Of a stretch of 64,000 nt of DNA, positions 36,274-46,438 are shown one piece after another. The DNA is from an uncultured Methanomassiliicoccaceae archaeon (GTDB taxonomy: Archaea; Thermoplasmatota; Thermoplasmata; Methanomassiliicoccales; JACIVX01): the NCBI GenBank assembly GCA_964544915.1, contig CAZJDY010000020.1:69532-133531 (forward strand). The letters are read 5' to 3'. The notes beneath the pieces are model-generated. The model was not told the origin of the DNA. It saw only the letters and a program-made list of their open reading frames with translations, and did not search any database. Position 1 is the first letter of the stretch; each line of letters starts with the position of its first letter. The position numbers were made by a program, and so were the translations under genes.

Positions 36274-38676
36274 GTGAAAGGTTTAGATCTCCTACAACTC
36301 TTGTGCCACAGTAAACCGGCCCGCTTCATAAGGGGCAACTTCACAAAGTTTGAGCTTTTGGAGATTGTGTTCATCGTGGCCCTGGGGTTTGTGGCTTTTT
36401 CCTGGGTTGCATCCAACCTCATCGTTGACGGTTTCGATTACGGTTTTTCCTTTTCACCCGACCGTACTCTTCAAAGGGCTTTGCATCTGTGGGATCAGTA
36501 TGGTGGTCTAGGCATGGTGAGCCCTCGTGCCATAGCTGGCACTCTGCCTAACAACCTCTACTATTCTTTCACGCAGGCTCTCGGAGTTGGGCTCCACGCC
36601 GCCCAAACGCTGATTTTCTTCACCATACTCGTGGGTTCGGGCGTCTCCATCTTCCTATTCTATCGCGCACTGGGGCTGGGAGAGAGGTATCGACACGGCG
36701 CGGTGTTTTGCGCCCTTCTGTATATGTTCTCGCCCATATCCTCGACGTTCTTATGGAACCAGTTCGCCTCTAGCTACTATTCATACTGCTTCATTCCGTT
36801 CATAGGAGCTGCGGTCGCCTACGGCATCCGTACTCGCAGGGGTCTCCTCTTCATTCTGTTGGTGGCGTTGACATGGACGGTACTGATCACCTCCTCTTAC
36901 ATGAATCCCGTCAATGCCCTGATGGATTGGCTGCTAATCGGCTCACTCTTGTTGGTTCTGGCGTGGCGGTACAGGAGTAGGGCGAGAGAAGTCGTGAAGT
37001 TCGCTGTCCTACTCGCCGCTTTCTGGCTCCTATTGAATCTAGTGTGGGTGTTGCCCAACGCAGATTACGCGGCCCAAGAGTTCACCAAGGCCGATGTGAG
37101 CGTCATCGGCGTTTCCAACTTGGTCCTGCTCAAGTCCAATTCTGTGCCAATTTGGCAGGCAGCGCTACAGACCGGCTACTGGGGGTTGTATGGAACATAC
37201 ATGGGCGATCACTGGTATTCTTGGTCAGGGTTGGCATCGTCGCCTATCTTCTTCATCGCCTGTCTAATTATCGCTCTAACTGGCCTAGTTGCATTGACGA
37301 TTCGACCAATGAAGGATGCAATCGTCTGGCTGGGTGGGCTGGCTTTGTTTTGTTTAATCATGATCAACGGTTATTATCAGCCGTTCGGCGATGCCCTGGT
37401 GTCGCTCTTCAATCAATTCCCTCAACTCTACGCATTCCGAAGTCTCTTCCAGCGCTTTGGCCCGCTTCTCACCCTCTGCTACTCCCTGTTGCTAGGATAC
37501 GTGATGGGCCATCTAGTCGGCAGATGTGATTTGAGTAAAATAAGATCGAGAGGCTGGAAAGGCGTTCCCATGCGGGGATGGTTGACGATGATATGGATAT
37601 CGCTTGTGTTGATATCCATTTCGGTGGTGGCAGTACCGTACTTCAACGGTCAGATTATCTACGACGGAGGGAAGGTCATCCCCTCGGCTAGGGTTCAAGT
37701 GCCTTCATACTACGCAGAAACGAATAAGTGGCTCAACGCCCAGGAAGGGGATTTCCGTATATTTCCGTTGCCCTACTGTAGAATTGGCTACGCCTCCTTC
37801 AGCTGGAACCATGGCTACTGGGGACTGGATCCGAGCTCATCTATCTTTGACAAGGTGCTCCTTACATCTGAGTATGGTCTTGTCGGCGATTTGCTTGCCG
37901 ACATTGCCGGTCGGATTGCCAACTCCAGTCTTGATTTCAATCTCGGGAAGATGTTGTCGATCCTCAACGTGCGTTATGTCCTTTTGCACGAAGACACGAA
38001 TTGGCAGTTCATTTATGGTCATCCCTGGTGGGTAGCTTCCAAAACCAATTTTACCCAATATCAGGCAGCGATTGAGGCTGGTGGTTTGAAGCCGATCGTC
38101 TCTTACGGCAAGCTGCATCTCTTCGAGAACCCATTCTGGCATGACGTACACTACTACCAGGTGGATACTGTTGTTGCTGTGATAGGTGGATTGCGAGCGG
38201 TGAAGAACCTGACGACCGAACCATGGTTTGATATTTCCCATATGGCATTTGTTGAGGTCGACAGCCTGGCGCAAGTAGGCAGTCTGCCTTTCACCGTGGA
38301 TCGAGTATACGAAAACTATCATCTCCTTGATGAGCCGATACTGGGCGGGTTTGATAACAACAATACCGTCCAGACAGTTGGAAGGGATCTCCCAACTCGA
38401 CATGAACTGCAAATCGATCCTCATCGTCATTTGCTGGTCTTCTCCGAACGCTTCGACAACGGATGGAACATGGTGCAAGGTGGAATCGTGAATGCTCATT
38501 TTGCTGTAAACATGCTATTCAACGGGTGGATGGTGCGTAATGATTCCACCAGCCTGGTTCTTTTGGAGTTCCAGCCTCAGAAAGGCGTGGAGTATTGCAC
38601 AGCATTCTCGATAGGATTCTTGTTACTGGCAACTACCGCCCCCATCCTCTGGGGCAGGTCTAATCGGCGCCCCTAG
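36274..38676 (+). CDS. AftD-like GT-C membrane glycosyltransferase (DUF3367 family), 800 aa
   Basis: The first extracytoplasmic loop DGFDYGFSFSPDRTLQRALHLWDQYGGLGMV matches my recollection of the AftD/DUF3367 signature (..D.....DP..fL.Ra.hlWd...g.G.v). More than 12 TM segments are followed by a C-terminal soluble part of about 300 aa and a terminal TM. GTG start. Confidence 0.6.
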   Translation: MKGLDLLQLLCHSKPARFIRGNFTKFELLEIVFIVALGFVAFSWVASNLIVDGFDYGFSFSPDRTLQRALHLWDQYGGLGMVSPRAIAGTLPNNLYYSFTQALGVGLHAAQTLIFFTILVGSGVSIFLFYRALGLGERYRHGAVFCALLYMFSPISSTFLWNQFASSYYSYCFIPFIGAAVAYGIRTRRGLLFILLVALTWTVLITSSYMNPVNALMDWLLIGSLLLVLAWRYRSRAREVVKFAVLLAAFWLLLNLVWVLPNADYAAQEFTKADVSVIGVSNLVLLKSNSVPIWQAALQTGYWGLYGTYMGDHWYSWSGLASSPIFFIACLIIALTGLVALTIRPMKDAIVWLGGLALFCLIMINGYYQPFGDALVSLFNQFPQLYAFRSLFQRFGPLLTLCYSLLLGYVMGHLVGRCDLSKIRSRGWKGVPMRGWLTMIWISLVLISISVVAVPYFNGQIIYDGGKVIPSARVQVPSYYAETNKWLNAQEGDFRIFPLPYCRIGYASFSWNHGYWGLDPSSSIFDKVLLTSEYGLVGDLLADIAGRIANSSLDFNLGKMLSILNVRYVLLHEDTNWQFIYGHPWWVASKTNFTQYQAAIEAGGLKPIVSYGKLHLFENPFWHDVHYYQVDTVVAVIGGLRAVKNLTTEPWFDISHMAFVEVDSLAQVGSLPFTVDRVYENYHLLDEPILGGFDNNNTVQTVGRDLPTRHELQIDPHRHLLVFSERFDNGWNMVQGGIVNAHFAVNMLFNGWMVRNDSTSLVLLEFQPQKGVEYCTAFSIGFLLLATTAPILWGRSNRRP

Positions 38677-39452
38677 GATTTGGGTGCCTGGAGTGCTCTG
38701 TCATAGTAATGGATGAGTTTGTCCCTATAGAAGATGCCCAATGTGTCCATGAAGATGTGGTAGACATCATTCACTCTGATCCGGCCTCCATTCTCCCGAA
38801 TGAAAAGGACCTTAATTGGCACTTCCGAGATCGTGAAACCGTCGTGTAGCGCGTTGAGAAGCAGCTCCAGGTCGAAGGCGTAGCGTTTCACCACGACCCT
38901 AGGAAACTCCCTCTCCAGTACTTGGCGTTTGAATAGTTTCAGTCCAGGTTGTGTGTCTGACATCTTGACCTGGAACACTGCCCTAATCATCAAATTGTAA
39001 CCGAGGGAGAGGATTCTTCTCTTGAACGGGTAGTTAACGATAGATTCTGGATGCCTTTTTGAGCCGATAACGATGTCAGCATCAGTTCGTAGCATCTCAA
39101 CCAGGAATCTTTCCAGCTGACGGGGATGGAGTTCTAGGTCCGCATCAATGAAGGCGACAAGGTCGCCGTCGGTTTTCTTCCATCCTTCCCTCAGTGCTTT
39201 CCCCTTTCCGCCATTGTCGCGGTATGTGACAAGGACGATCTCTTTGTAGATTTGCGCGGCCCGAGCAATCTCAACCTCAGTGCCATCGGTACTGCCATCG
39301 TCGACAACGATTATCTCAAAGGGCAAGCCAAATTCTCTAAAAGTTGCGATTGCCTCTTCTAGATTGGAGTATATCCTATTGCTTTCGTTGAATGCGGGGA
39401 TGATGACGGATAGCTTTCCCATTTGTTCGACTCTATTCTCCCTCTCCGTCAT
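38673..39452 (-). CDS. Family-2 glycosyltransferase
   Basis: KLSVIIPAFNESNRI, IVVDDGSTDGT, IDADLE. The start is either ATG 39452 or ATG 39422; the track start 39590 is probably too long. Confidence 0.8.
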   Translation of the reverse strand: MTERENRVEQMGKLSVIIPAFNESNRIYSNLEEAIATFREFGLPFEIIVVDDGSTDGTEVEIARAAQIYKEIVLVTYRDNGGKGKALREGWKKTDGDLVAFIDADLELHPRQLERFLVEMLRTDADIVIGSKRHPESIVNYPFKRRILSLGYNLMIRAVFQVKMSDTQPGLKLFKRQVLEREFPRVVVKRYAFDLELLLNALHDGFTISEVPIKVLFIRENGGRIRVNDVYHIFMDTLGIFYRDKLIHYYDRALQAPKS

Positions 39453-39744
39453 ACGTATCCCACTCACTGTGCGTATCCTAAATTCAGTCTGCGATATAAA
39501 CGTTGTTTTAGGTGACAGGAGGTTCTGTTGGCATTTTGGTATTAGAGCATCGTAGCCTCCCCAGTCAATAACCTCAAAATCTGGGATCATTTCGATGCAG
39601 CATCCTGGCTATGATTATGTCAAGGTTTTGGCCATGTAGCATTGTTCCAAAAGGACACGGAAGTGAGTCTACTCATTCTGCAAGTCTAAGTCAAGATGGG
39701 GCATAATTCCATATATGATGTAGGGCCTAACTGGGCTATTTGAC

Positions 39745-40533
39745 ATGACGTCGATTGAAATAGGAGTCATACCCGCCGCAGGAGAAGGCAGAAGATTCGG
39801 CTATCTCGGAAAAATCCTGCCTAAACCATTGATGCCTGTGTATGACAGACCTATAATCCACCTTGTTGTTGACAATATGAAGAGAATCGGAGTGACGAAG
39901 CTTTTTGTTCCTGTCTACTTTCACAAGGAAAAGATCAAACACTACTTTTCGGAATCCAGAGCTTCCATGGATGTGGAGGTAAATCTGATTGAATTGGACA
40001 AACCAACCTCAGGCATAGCAGAGACAATTAGCACCGCAAGAGATTCGATCAAGGAGCCGTTTGCCGTGATTCTTGGAGACGACTTCACTATGGCTAGATC
40101 TTTTGATAACCTCGTTAGGACCTTCTTCAACCAAGACGCAATTGCTTTGGAAGGCGTGGTTGAAGAAAAGAGTCTGGCGGCACTGAGGTCGACTTGCTGC
40201 GTACGAATGGGAGAAAGAAACAAGATACTGGAAATTGAAGAGAAGCCAAATGACCCGAAATCCTCTCTGAGAGGTTGTGGGATTTACTTGTTCAGACCGG
40301 AGATTTTCGATTACGTCGATAGGACTCCGAGACTTCCTCCCCGAAACGAGGTGGAGATTACGAATACGATAGGTTTGGTCGCTGAAGAAGGGAAGGCATT
40401 TGCAGAACTCATAGATGGAGAAAATGTAAATATCAACAACTACGACGACCTGCTTCTTGCGGCCTTGATATCCTTCAAGAATACCCATTCGCGGGGGAAA
40501 ATGAATGAGCTTCTCGAAAGAACCACTCGTTAG
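39745..40533 (+). CDS. Sugar-1-phosphate nucleotidyltransferase
   Basis: GVIPAAGEGRRFG..KPL signature. 262 aa. Confidence 0.8.
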   Translation: MTSIEIGVIPAAGEGRRFGYLGKILPKPLMPVYDRPIIHLVVDNMKRIGVTKLFVPVYFHKEKIKHYFSESRASMDVEVNLIELDKPTSGIAETISTARDSIKEPFAVILGDDFTMARSFDNLVRTFFNQDAIALEGVVEEKSLAALRSTCCVRMGERNKILEIEEKPNDPKSSLRGCGIYLFRPEIFDYVDRTPRLPPRNEVEITNTIGLVAEEGKAFAELIDGENVNINNYDDLLLAALISFKNTHSRGKMNELLERTTR

Positions 40534-41563
40534 TATAATTCTGTTGAACTACAACGGAGAGAAGTTCGCTAGTCTGTGGGAATCTGTATTCAAATCGGAA
40601 TATGGCAACTTCGAGATTATCTTTGTTGATAACGGGTCGAAAGACGGTAGCCTAAGTCTCTTCTTAAATCTGAAAGACAAGAATCCGGGAGTTAGAGTCG
40701 AAATTGTCAGAATCAAAGAGAACATAGGGTACTCCAGAGCCAACAATCGGGGCCTTGAGTTCACTCACGGAGAGTACGTAGTTCTGCTCAGCAATGACAT
40801 TGAAGTTGAAAAAGACTGGCTCAGAAACATGATTGACTTCATGGGCTCGCACAAGGACGTGGCGGTCGCTCAGAGCATGATGTACTCAATATACAATAGG
40901 ACGGAACCAGACCGCATGGGCAATCATATCGATGTACTGGGGTTCAATCATCCTTTCAAACCTTCTGGGAAGGTGGAGGAAGTATTCTACAGCGAAGGTG
41001 CAGTGATGTTCATTAGGAAATTAGTAATAAATGAAGTGGGCGGTCTATTCGATGAGACCTTCTTCATGTTTTTCGAAGATGTTGATTTTTCATGGCGGGT
41101 GAGGCTGAGAGGATACAGGATTTGTGTAGTGCCTTCTTCAATCGTGTATCACGTTAGGGGCGGCACTGTTACTGGCACTGTTATCAAGATGAATCCGACT
41201 TACATCATGACAAATTCTAGGAATCGTCTCATCACTCTTTTCAAGAATTATGATGCTTACAACATGTTTGTGTATGGATCTCTCAGCCTTCTTTCCGAGA
41301 TTGGCGAGTCATTATGGTTAATGGTAAACAATCAAGGAGCACTGGGGCTAGCCTGCCTCAAAGGGGTCCTGGCATTCATAAGAATGACACCGCATCTCCT
41401 CAAGAAAAGAATGTACGTCCAGTCTCTTAGGAAAATTGGTGACGACAGGATTTTGGCTCTTGTGTTTCCCATCGGAGTAGCGGTTAGTAGTCTGATTCGA
41501 ACGAGTCAAGATGCGAAAAGGGAGTTTCAGGAATCTTGTGGCCATATAGGACAGTCGGGATAG
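40505..41563 (+). CDS. Family-2 glycosyltransferase
   Basis: VSIILLNYNG, IFVDNGSKDGS, LLSNDIEV, and FFEDVDFSWR, a typical GT2 (rhamnosyltransferase-like) layout. Confidence 0.85.
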   Translation: MSFSKEPLVSIILLNYNGEKFASLWESVFKSEYGNFEIIFVDNGSKDGSLSLFLNLKDKNPGVRVEIVRIKENIGYSRANNRGLEFTHGEYVVLLSNDIEVEKDWLRNMIDFMGSHKDVAVAQSMMYSIYNRTEPDRMGNHIDVLGFNHPFKPSGKVEEVFYSEGAVMFIRKLVINEVGGLFDETFFMFFEDVDFSWRVRLRGYRICVVPSSIVYHVRGGTVTGTVIKMNPTYIMTNSRNRLITLFKNYDAYNMFVYGSLSLLSEIGESLWLMVNNQGALGLACLKGVLAFIRMTPHLLKKRMYVQSLRKIGDDRILALVFPIGVAVSSLIRTSQDAKREFQESCGHIGQSG

Positions 41564-41604
41564 ATGTTGGTTTGATTGGAATTGTTAGTTTGAGGGATTG
41601 AAGA

Positions 41605-44600
41605 ATGAGGAAGAAGATCATCTGGTATCATCTCCTGGCTCTGATTATCGGTATTATAATTGCCATGGTCTGCATAAGACATCTGATAGCCGAAGACCCC
41701 TCTTTGATTGTGAGCTACCGTGATATCTCCGTCCCTCCAAGAACAGGCATGCTTGCTGATTATTACTTCTTTGCATGGTCCGATCAAGGATCACATCCTA
41801 ACTATGAAACACTTGCCAGGAGCTGGTACAGTTTTCCCATGATCTTCAATGATATCACTTTGTTCTCTAAGATCGACTTCCTTTTCTTGTATACGATTAT
41901 GTTCTTCGTCCCCTATCTGGCGTTTTTCAGTATCTTTCACAAGTACCTCAAGTATGACTGGAAAGTCTCATTCTTATCATCAATAGTTGCTGCAGTCCTC
42001 TACTCACTAAACCCATATTCTGTCATGATATTCTCCCCTCCTTACACATACGTGATATCTTACTCTTTTTTTCCTGCGTTGGTGTACGCATACTTGATGG
42101 TGCTGGAGAAGAACACCCATTTGTCGAGACTTGCGCTAGCCCTGATAATCACATTGGTTGTTACCCCGATTTTGCGGGCCGTTGTGTTCGTTGTAGCGAT
42201 CATGCTTCTGACTTCCCTTTCTGTTCTTTTCATCAAGGGTATTTCGCGAAGATCACTTCGGAACATGGGGCTGAATCTCTGCATTGTCCTCGTTATGGTT
42301 GTTGGTATCAATGCATATTGGCTGTTGCCAGCCATTTCAGCGAGTTTTTCAGCCCCCATACAACCATCTTACACTCTAACATATGAAATGACTCATTTGT
42401 TCTCGACCAGGTATTCATTTGATGATATCCTTTTGCTCAGAGCTTCTTGGTGGCCATATTTGCAGCTAAAGCCGATTATCCCAGTGGAAATCTGGCTGCT
42501 CCTGCTCCTCGTGATCCCGCTCCTTTCACTTTCCTCCTTAATGTTGTGGTACTCGAGGGGCAGAGACGAGAAGCTTCTGCTGTTAACTGGAGTGGGTGTA
42601 TGTCTTGTTGGTTTTTCTTTGTGGAGCGGTCTGAATAACCCAATATCTTCGTTCTCCAAGTTGTATGAGTTGCTACTATTCTCCACCCCATCCTCGATAG
42701 GTTGGATGTTCCGGGTGCCCGAGTATTTCGGTGCGTTAGTCGCCTTTTCATCAACACTTCTAGCTGGCTTAGTCATAGCAAGAATCGGAGATAAATGTCA
42801 GAAATTCAACTCGGGGAATCGATTTTTCACGCCAAAGAGGTTATTCGTTGGACTCTTGGTTCTTCTTTTGGTTTCATCTGGATTGATTGGCTGGCAAAGA
42901 CTGAGTGGAGATCTAGATGGAAATCTTAGGAGCGGGTACCACCTAGCCGAAAGGTCACAATTTGACGTCTCGTCTTTCCAGAGGCCTCTGGTTCTCTTGT
43001 GGAACTATACGGGAGACTTTCAGCCGAATCTTATTGGAAAACCATTCGTTGACCCGCCTAAGGATGTTGCAAAATACCTTGTTCAGACGCTCAGAAATGG
43101 TGATAACAAAGCGCTTGATCTCGTTTGTACGATTATGGGAACAGATTCACTGATAACCAATCTGGAGATTACGAACACAACGCTCGTTTCAATTTGCTAT
43201 CTATCCAATTATGATATCTGGGTCTATCTCTTGAACCCCAGTAATGGAGCATTTCAGATCCGAAGCAACCTAGCATCAGTGCATGAATTTGATAGTGAGT
43301 TGTACGGTTTCATATCAACAATGAATTCCTCTCTTGCTTTGGGAACAGAGTCCGAATTGAAATATTCACACCTAGTTATTAATCCCAATCCAATTTCATT
43401 CATGTCGTCATCTGCCAAGGCTACAACCATTGACCCGTTTCTGTACACAATTCATCATGATCCGTCAAGACTTTGGTCAAGGGCATCGACCGCTGATCCT
43501 CTGCATGGAGAATGGCACGCGTATATAGATCAGTTCAATCTTAGGAACTGGCAGACCGATAATGGTAGAGGCCTAGTCTTTACTTGGGCGAATCCTCAAG
43601 TTCCGACAGATACAATTCCGAGCAACAATTTCTTAATTGAAGGGTGGGACTTCAATAACGACACCGACCTTAAAGCTTGGCAGGAATCGACTCCGAATGA
43701 GCAATTCGGCGCGATTCAAGAACTAACACGGGACCAAGACTCGCTCAGAGTCTCACTATTCAATTCTACATGGGGCTGGAAGACCATAAACTCGCCATCT
43801 ATCTCTGCCCATGTTGGTATCCCTTACAGATTCTCCCTAAATACTAGAGGGACGAATGCCCACTCTGTATATGTAAAAGTAGCTGAGCTCGATGCTGACA
43901 TGAATGAGATTCGAAACGATTCCGTAGGGCTCATTGGGAACGGTACCTTTGGATGGAAGGTCTTCACTGTTGATTTTACACCAAGAAACCCATCTACTGC
44001 TTTTATCAGGTTAGAGTTTTGGCATGGTAACATAGCAGAGGCGATTCCAAATCGAGTTTGGATTGACGACGTGAGGGTTTGGAACATTAGCAGTTATACT
44101 ATACCAGCCGCAATGAGCATGAACTTCGAAGTTGACAGTTCAACGGACTACAGACTATTCTCAAGGTCCTTCATAAACCCTGAGGGTGGAGTTGTCGAGA
44201 TTCAAATCGACAACAGGTCGGTGTCTCTATTCACAAGGGATCAACTCAGCAGATTCGTTTGGCGGGACCTTGGTATCCTTAATCTTTCAGAAGGCAGACA
44301 CACGATTGCACTCCGAAACCTCTATGGCTTGAATGCAGTCAATCAAATTGTAGTCATCCCTGTAGCTGAGTACAGAAAGGAACTTGATAGATATATATCA
44401 GGATTGAAGAACAAAACGCTTCTTTACGTTTTTGAAGGAGAGTCGGAGTTCAATTGGATAAATGGCAGGGTCATTGGCAGTGGCAATCAGCAAGCTAGTA
44501 ATGGCATGGTTCTTCAATTTGATAGCAATGGAAGAGCATGGCAAGAAGTCGATGTCCTCCGAAATGGCACGTACGAGATCTTGCTGAGAGGATCTGGCAA

Positions 44601-45144
44601 TATGACAATCATGATTGATGAGAGAGAATACGAAATGCATATTTCCGGATATGAGAAGAATGCCTCCGTGCCAATCGAACTCGAAGCTGGGCAGCATAGA
44701 ATAGAGATAGTGGCGCAAGGTGCAGAAGAGAAGTCTCGGTACATTGATTTTCTCTGCTTGTATTCTGTGGACGGAGGCAGCAGACTGGATGACATCTTGG
44801 CTCCGAGCAATTCCCCTGCTGAGATCGCTGGGGTCAGAAAGATAAACCCCACTGAGTATTTGGTACATGTATCTGCTCACTCCCAGTACCTATTGCTGTT
44901 TTCAGAGTCCTATGATCCTCTGTGGGTTGCACAAATCAAGAAAGATGGACACACTTACCAATATAAGCCGAATCAAATCGACAGATTGTCCTCAGGATTT
45001 TACATCAATATCACAGGAGAGTACGATATCTCGGTCAGATATCTGCCCCAGACGTGGTTCGAATCGGGAATCATTGTCACGTTGGCGGTCATTCTCGGGT
45101 GCCTGACTTATGCATATATCTCAAGGATGCGGAATAGGAAATAG
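41605..45144 (+). CDS. Giant (1179 aa) AftD-like GT-C membrane glycosyltransferase with a CBM-like jelly-roll domain and a C-terminal TM anchor
   Basis: The N-terminal 460 aa or so hold at least 11 hydrophobic helices. The centre has a CBM4/9-like segment IEGWDFNNDTDLKAW...WGWKTI...YRFSLNTRG...VKV...FGWKVFTVDFTP...IRLEFWHG...VWIDDVRVWN. The last 25 aa (GIIVTLAVILGCLTYAYI) are hydrophobic. GAGGGA lies 10 nt before the ATG. Confidence 0.6.
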   Translation: MRKKIIWYHLLALIIGIIIAMVCIRHLIAEDPSLIVSYRDISVPPRTGMLADYYFFAWSDQGSHPNYETLARSWYSFPMIFNDITLFSKIDFLFLYTIMFFVPYLAFFSIFHKYLKYDWKVSFLSSIVAAVLYSLNPYSVMIFSPPYTYVISYSFFPALVYAYLMVLEKNTHLSRLALALIITLVVTPILRAVVFVVAIMLLTSLSVLFIKGISRRSLRNMGLNLCIVLVMVVGINAYWLLPAISASFSAPIQPSYTLTYEMTHLFSTRYSFDDILLLRASWWPYLQLKPIIPVEIWLLLLLVIPLLSLSSLMLWYSRGRDEKLLLLTGVGVCLVGFSLWSGLNNPISSFSKLYELLLFSTPSSIGWMFRVPEYFGALVAFSSTLLAGLVIARIGDKCQKFNSGNRFFTPKRLFVGLLVLLLVSSGLIGWQRLSGDLDGNLRSGYHLAERSQFDVSSFQRPLVLLWNYTGDFQPNLIGKPFVDPPKDVAKYLVQTLRNGDNKALDLVCTIMGTDSLITNLEITNTTLVSICYLSNYDIWVYLLNPSNGAFQIRSNLASVHEFDSELYGFISTMNSSLALGTESELKYSHLVINPNPISFMSSSAKATTIDPFLYTIHHDPSRLWSRASTADPLHGEWHAYIDQFNLRNWQTDNGRGLVFTWANPQVPTDTIPSNNFLIEGWDFNNDTDLKAWQESTPNEQFGAIQELTRDQDSLRVSLFNSTWGWKTINSPSISAHVGIPYRFSLNTRGTNAHSVYVKVAELDADMNEIRNDSVGLIGNGTFGWKVFTVDFTPRNPSTAFIRLEFWHGNIAEAIPNRVWIDDVRVWNISSYTIPAAMSMNFEVDSSTDYRLFSRSFINPEGGVVEIQIDNRSVSLFTRDQLSRFVWRDLGILNLSEGRHTIALRNLYGLNAVNQIVVIPVAEYRKELDRYISGLKNKTLLYVFEGESEFNWINGRVIGSGNQQASNGMVLQFDSNGRAWQEVDVLRNGTYEILLRGSGNMTIMIDEREYEMHISGYEKNASVPIELEAGQHRIEIVAQGAEEKSRYIDFLCLYSVDGGSRLDDILAPSNSPAEIAGVRKINPTEYLVHVSAHSQYLLLFSESYDPLWVAQIKKDGHTYQYKPNQIDRLSSGFYINITGEYDISVRYLPQTWFESGIIVTLAVILGCLTYAYISRMRNRK

Positions 45145-45619
45145 ATGGACATCCATCTGACAAAATGGACTCACTAATCTGAGGTCATAGAGATGGGGGA
45201 AACTGGCGGCGCTGGTGGTATCGTCTGGAACTTCTGTTTACCGTGTAGATGGCGTTGATTGAAGTTGACAAGTCTTACGTTCAACTTCTGAAATTCTGTC
45301 TATATATATCAGTCAAATTCTAGTCACTAACGAGTCGACGGCTTGGCTGCATCTTTGACAATCCTTTGAGAAATCATTCTCAAGAGATCGATTTGGAATA
45401 TCTTGCGAAGACATGGTTCATGAAGGTCTTATACAGGCCATTCGCATGGAATGTCGTATATTGATTTGTCAACTATCCTAGATCGTGGAGCAATAAGAAT
45501 GATCCGTTCCAGATGAACCATAGGGAGGCCTCGATTACTCAGTCTTTTCTTTTGCTGGATTCATAAGACCGTCATGGACTATTAGATGGCCCGTCCGGCT
45601 CGAATGAATCCACAAGGAT

Positions 45620-46438
45620 TCACACTGACCTGCCAGCTATGTACCCAACAAAACCGGCACCAAATTCAAATGTTTTCATGAATAGCATCCCACACGCAAT
45701 AATGGGATTCCTTGTCAATCTTCTCCAGTTCTTTATGAATGCTGGCCTTATCGGTGTCAATTGTCTACTGGCCATTTCGGGATGCTTTCTCAAGTAATTG
45801 CTAATCGTCTGAGCATAGTAGAATTTCTTTCTCAGAGACATCAATAGACTAAGATTGCCTTCATGATGGATTATTAGACCACTTGTTCTTGATATCTTGT
45901 AGCCATTCTTCCTTATTCTCAGAGCCAAATCCCAGTCTTCACCGCCGCCAGCGATACTCTCGTCATATCCCCCAGAATTGAAGAAAACCTGTTTGTCAAA
46001 TAGTCTTGCAGCTTCTATCGTCTCATCTCCAAGGTAGCATTCTTTTTCTAGCGCTTTGCATCTAGCCCAGAATCCTTCACCCTGAGAGATTTCTGGAATA
46101 ACAATAGCTTGAGATTGCTCCTGCACGATCTTGCTGACACACTCTTCAATAACGTTCTCTGTCAGTTCCATGTCAGAATCTATGAACATGAGGTAACTAC
46201 CACTTGATTTCTGCGCCCCATAGTTCCTCTGGGAACTCCTTTCTGGACCTTTTGAAAAGAACATAATTTTGTGTTTGTCTGCTATGATTCTTGTATTGTC
46301 TGTTGAGAAGTTGTCAATTACAAGGATTTCGATATTCTTGTAGGTCTGGTTTCTTATGGACTGTAGACACACATCCAGTGTTCTATCAGAGTCTCTTGTT
46401 GGCACTATGACCGACACAGGAATTCCGCGTTCCGTCAC
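45620..46438 (-). CDS. Family-2 glycosyltransferase
   Basis: VSVIVPTRDSDRTL, VIDNFSTDNT, IDSDMEL, GGEDWD. The GTG start overlaps the GT4 stop (GTGA). Confidence 0.85.
   Translation of the reverse strand: MTERGIPVSVIVPTRDSDRTLDVCLQSIRNQTYKNIEILVIDNFSTDNTRIIADKHKIMFFSKGPERSSQRNYGAQKSSGSYLMFIDSDMELTENVIEECVSKIVQEQSQAIVIPEISQGEGFWARCKALEKECYLGDETIEAARLFDKQVFFNSGGYDESIAGGGEDWDLALRIRKNGYKISRTSGLIIHHEGNLSLLMSLRKKFYYAQTISNYLRKHPEMASRQLTPIRPAFIKNWRRLTRNPIIACGMLFMKTFEFGAGFVGYIAGRSV

Noticed and set aside
45145-45619. A 475-nt gap after the 1179-aa gene. It contains an 8-bp hairpin (GAAGTTGA..TCAACTTC) and short ORFs such as ..QEIDLEYLAKTWFMKVLYRPFAWNVVY.
   Set aside because: There is no recognisable protein or RNA motif. 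The hairpin is short and is not followed by a T-tract. It is noted only as part of the island's unusually long non-coding DNA.
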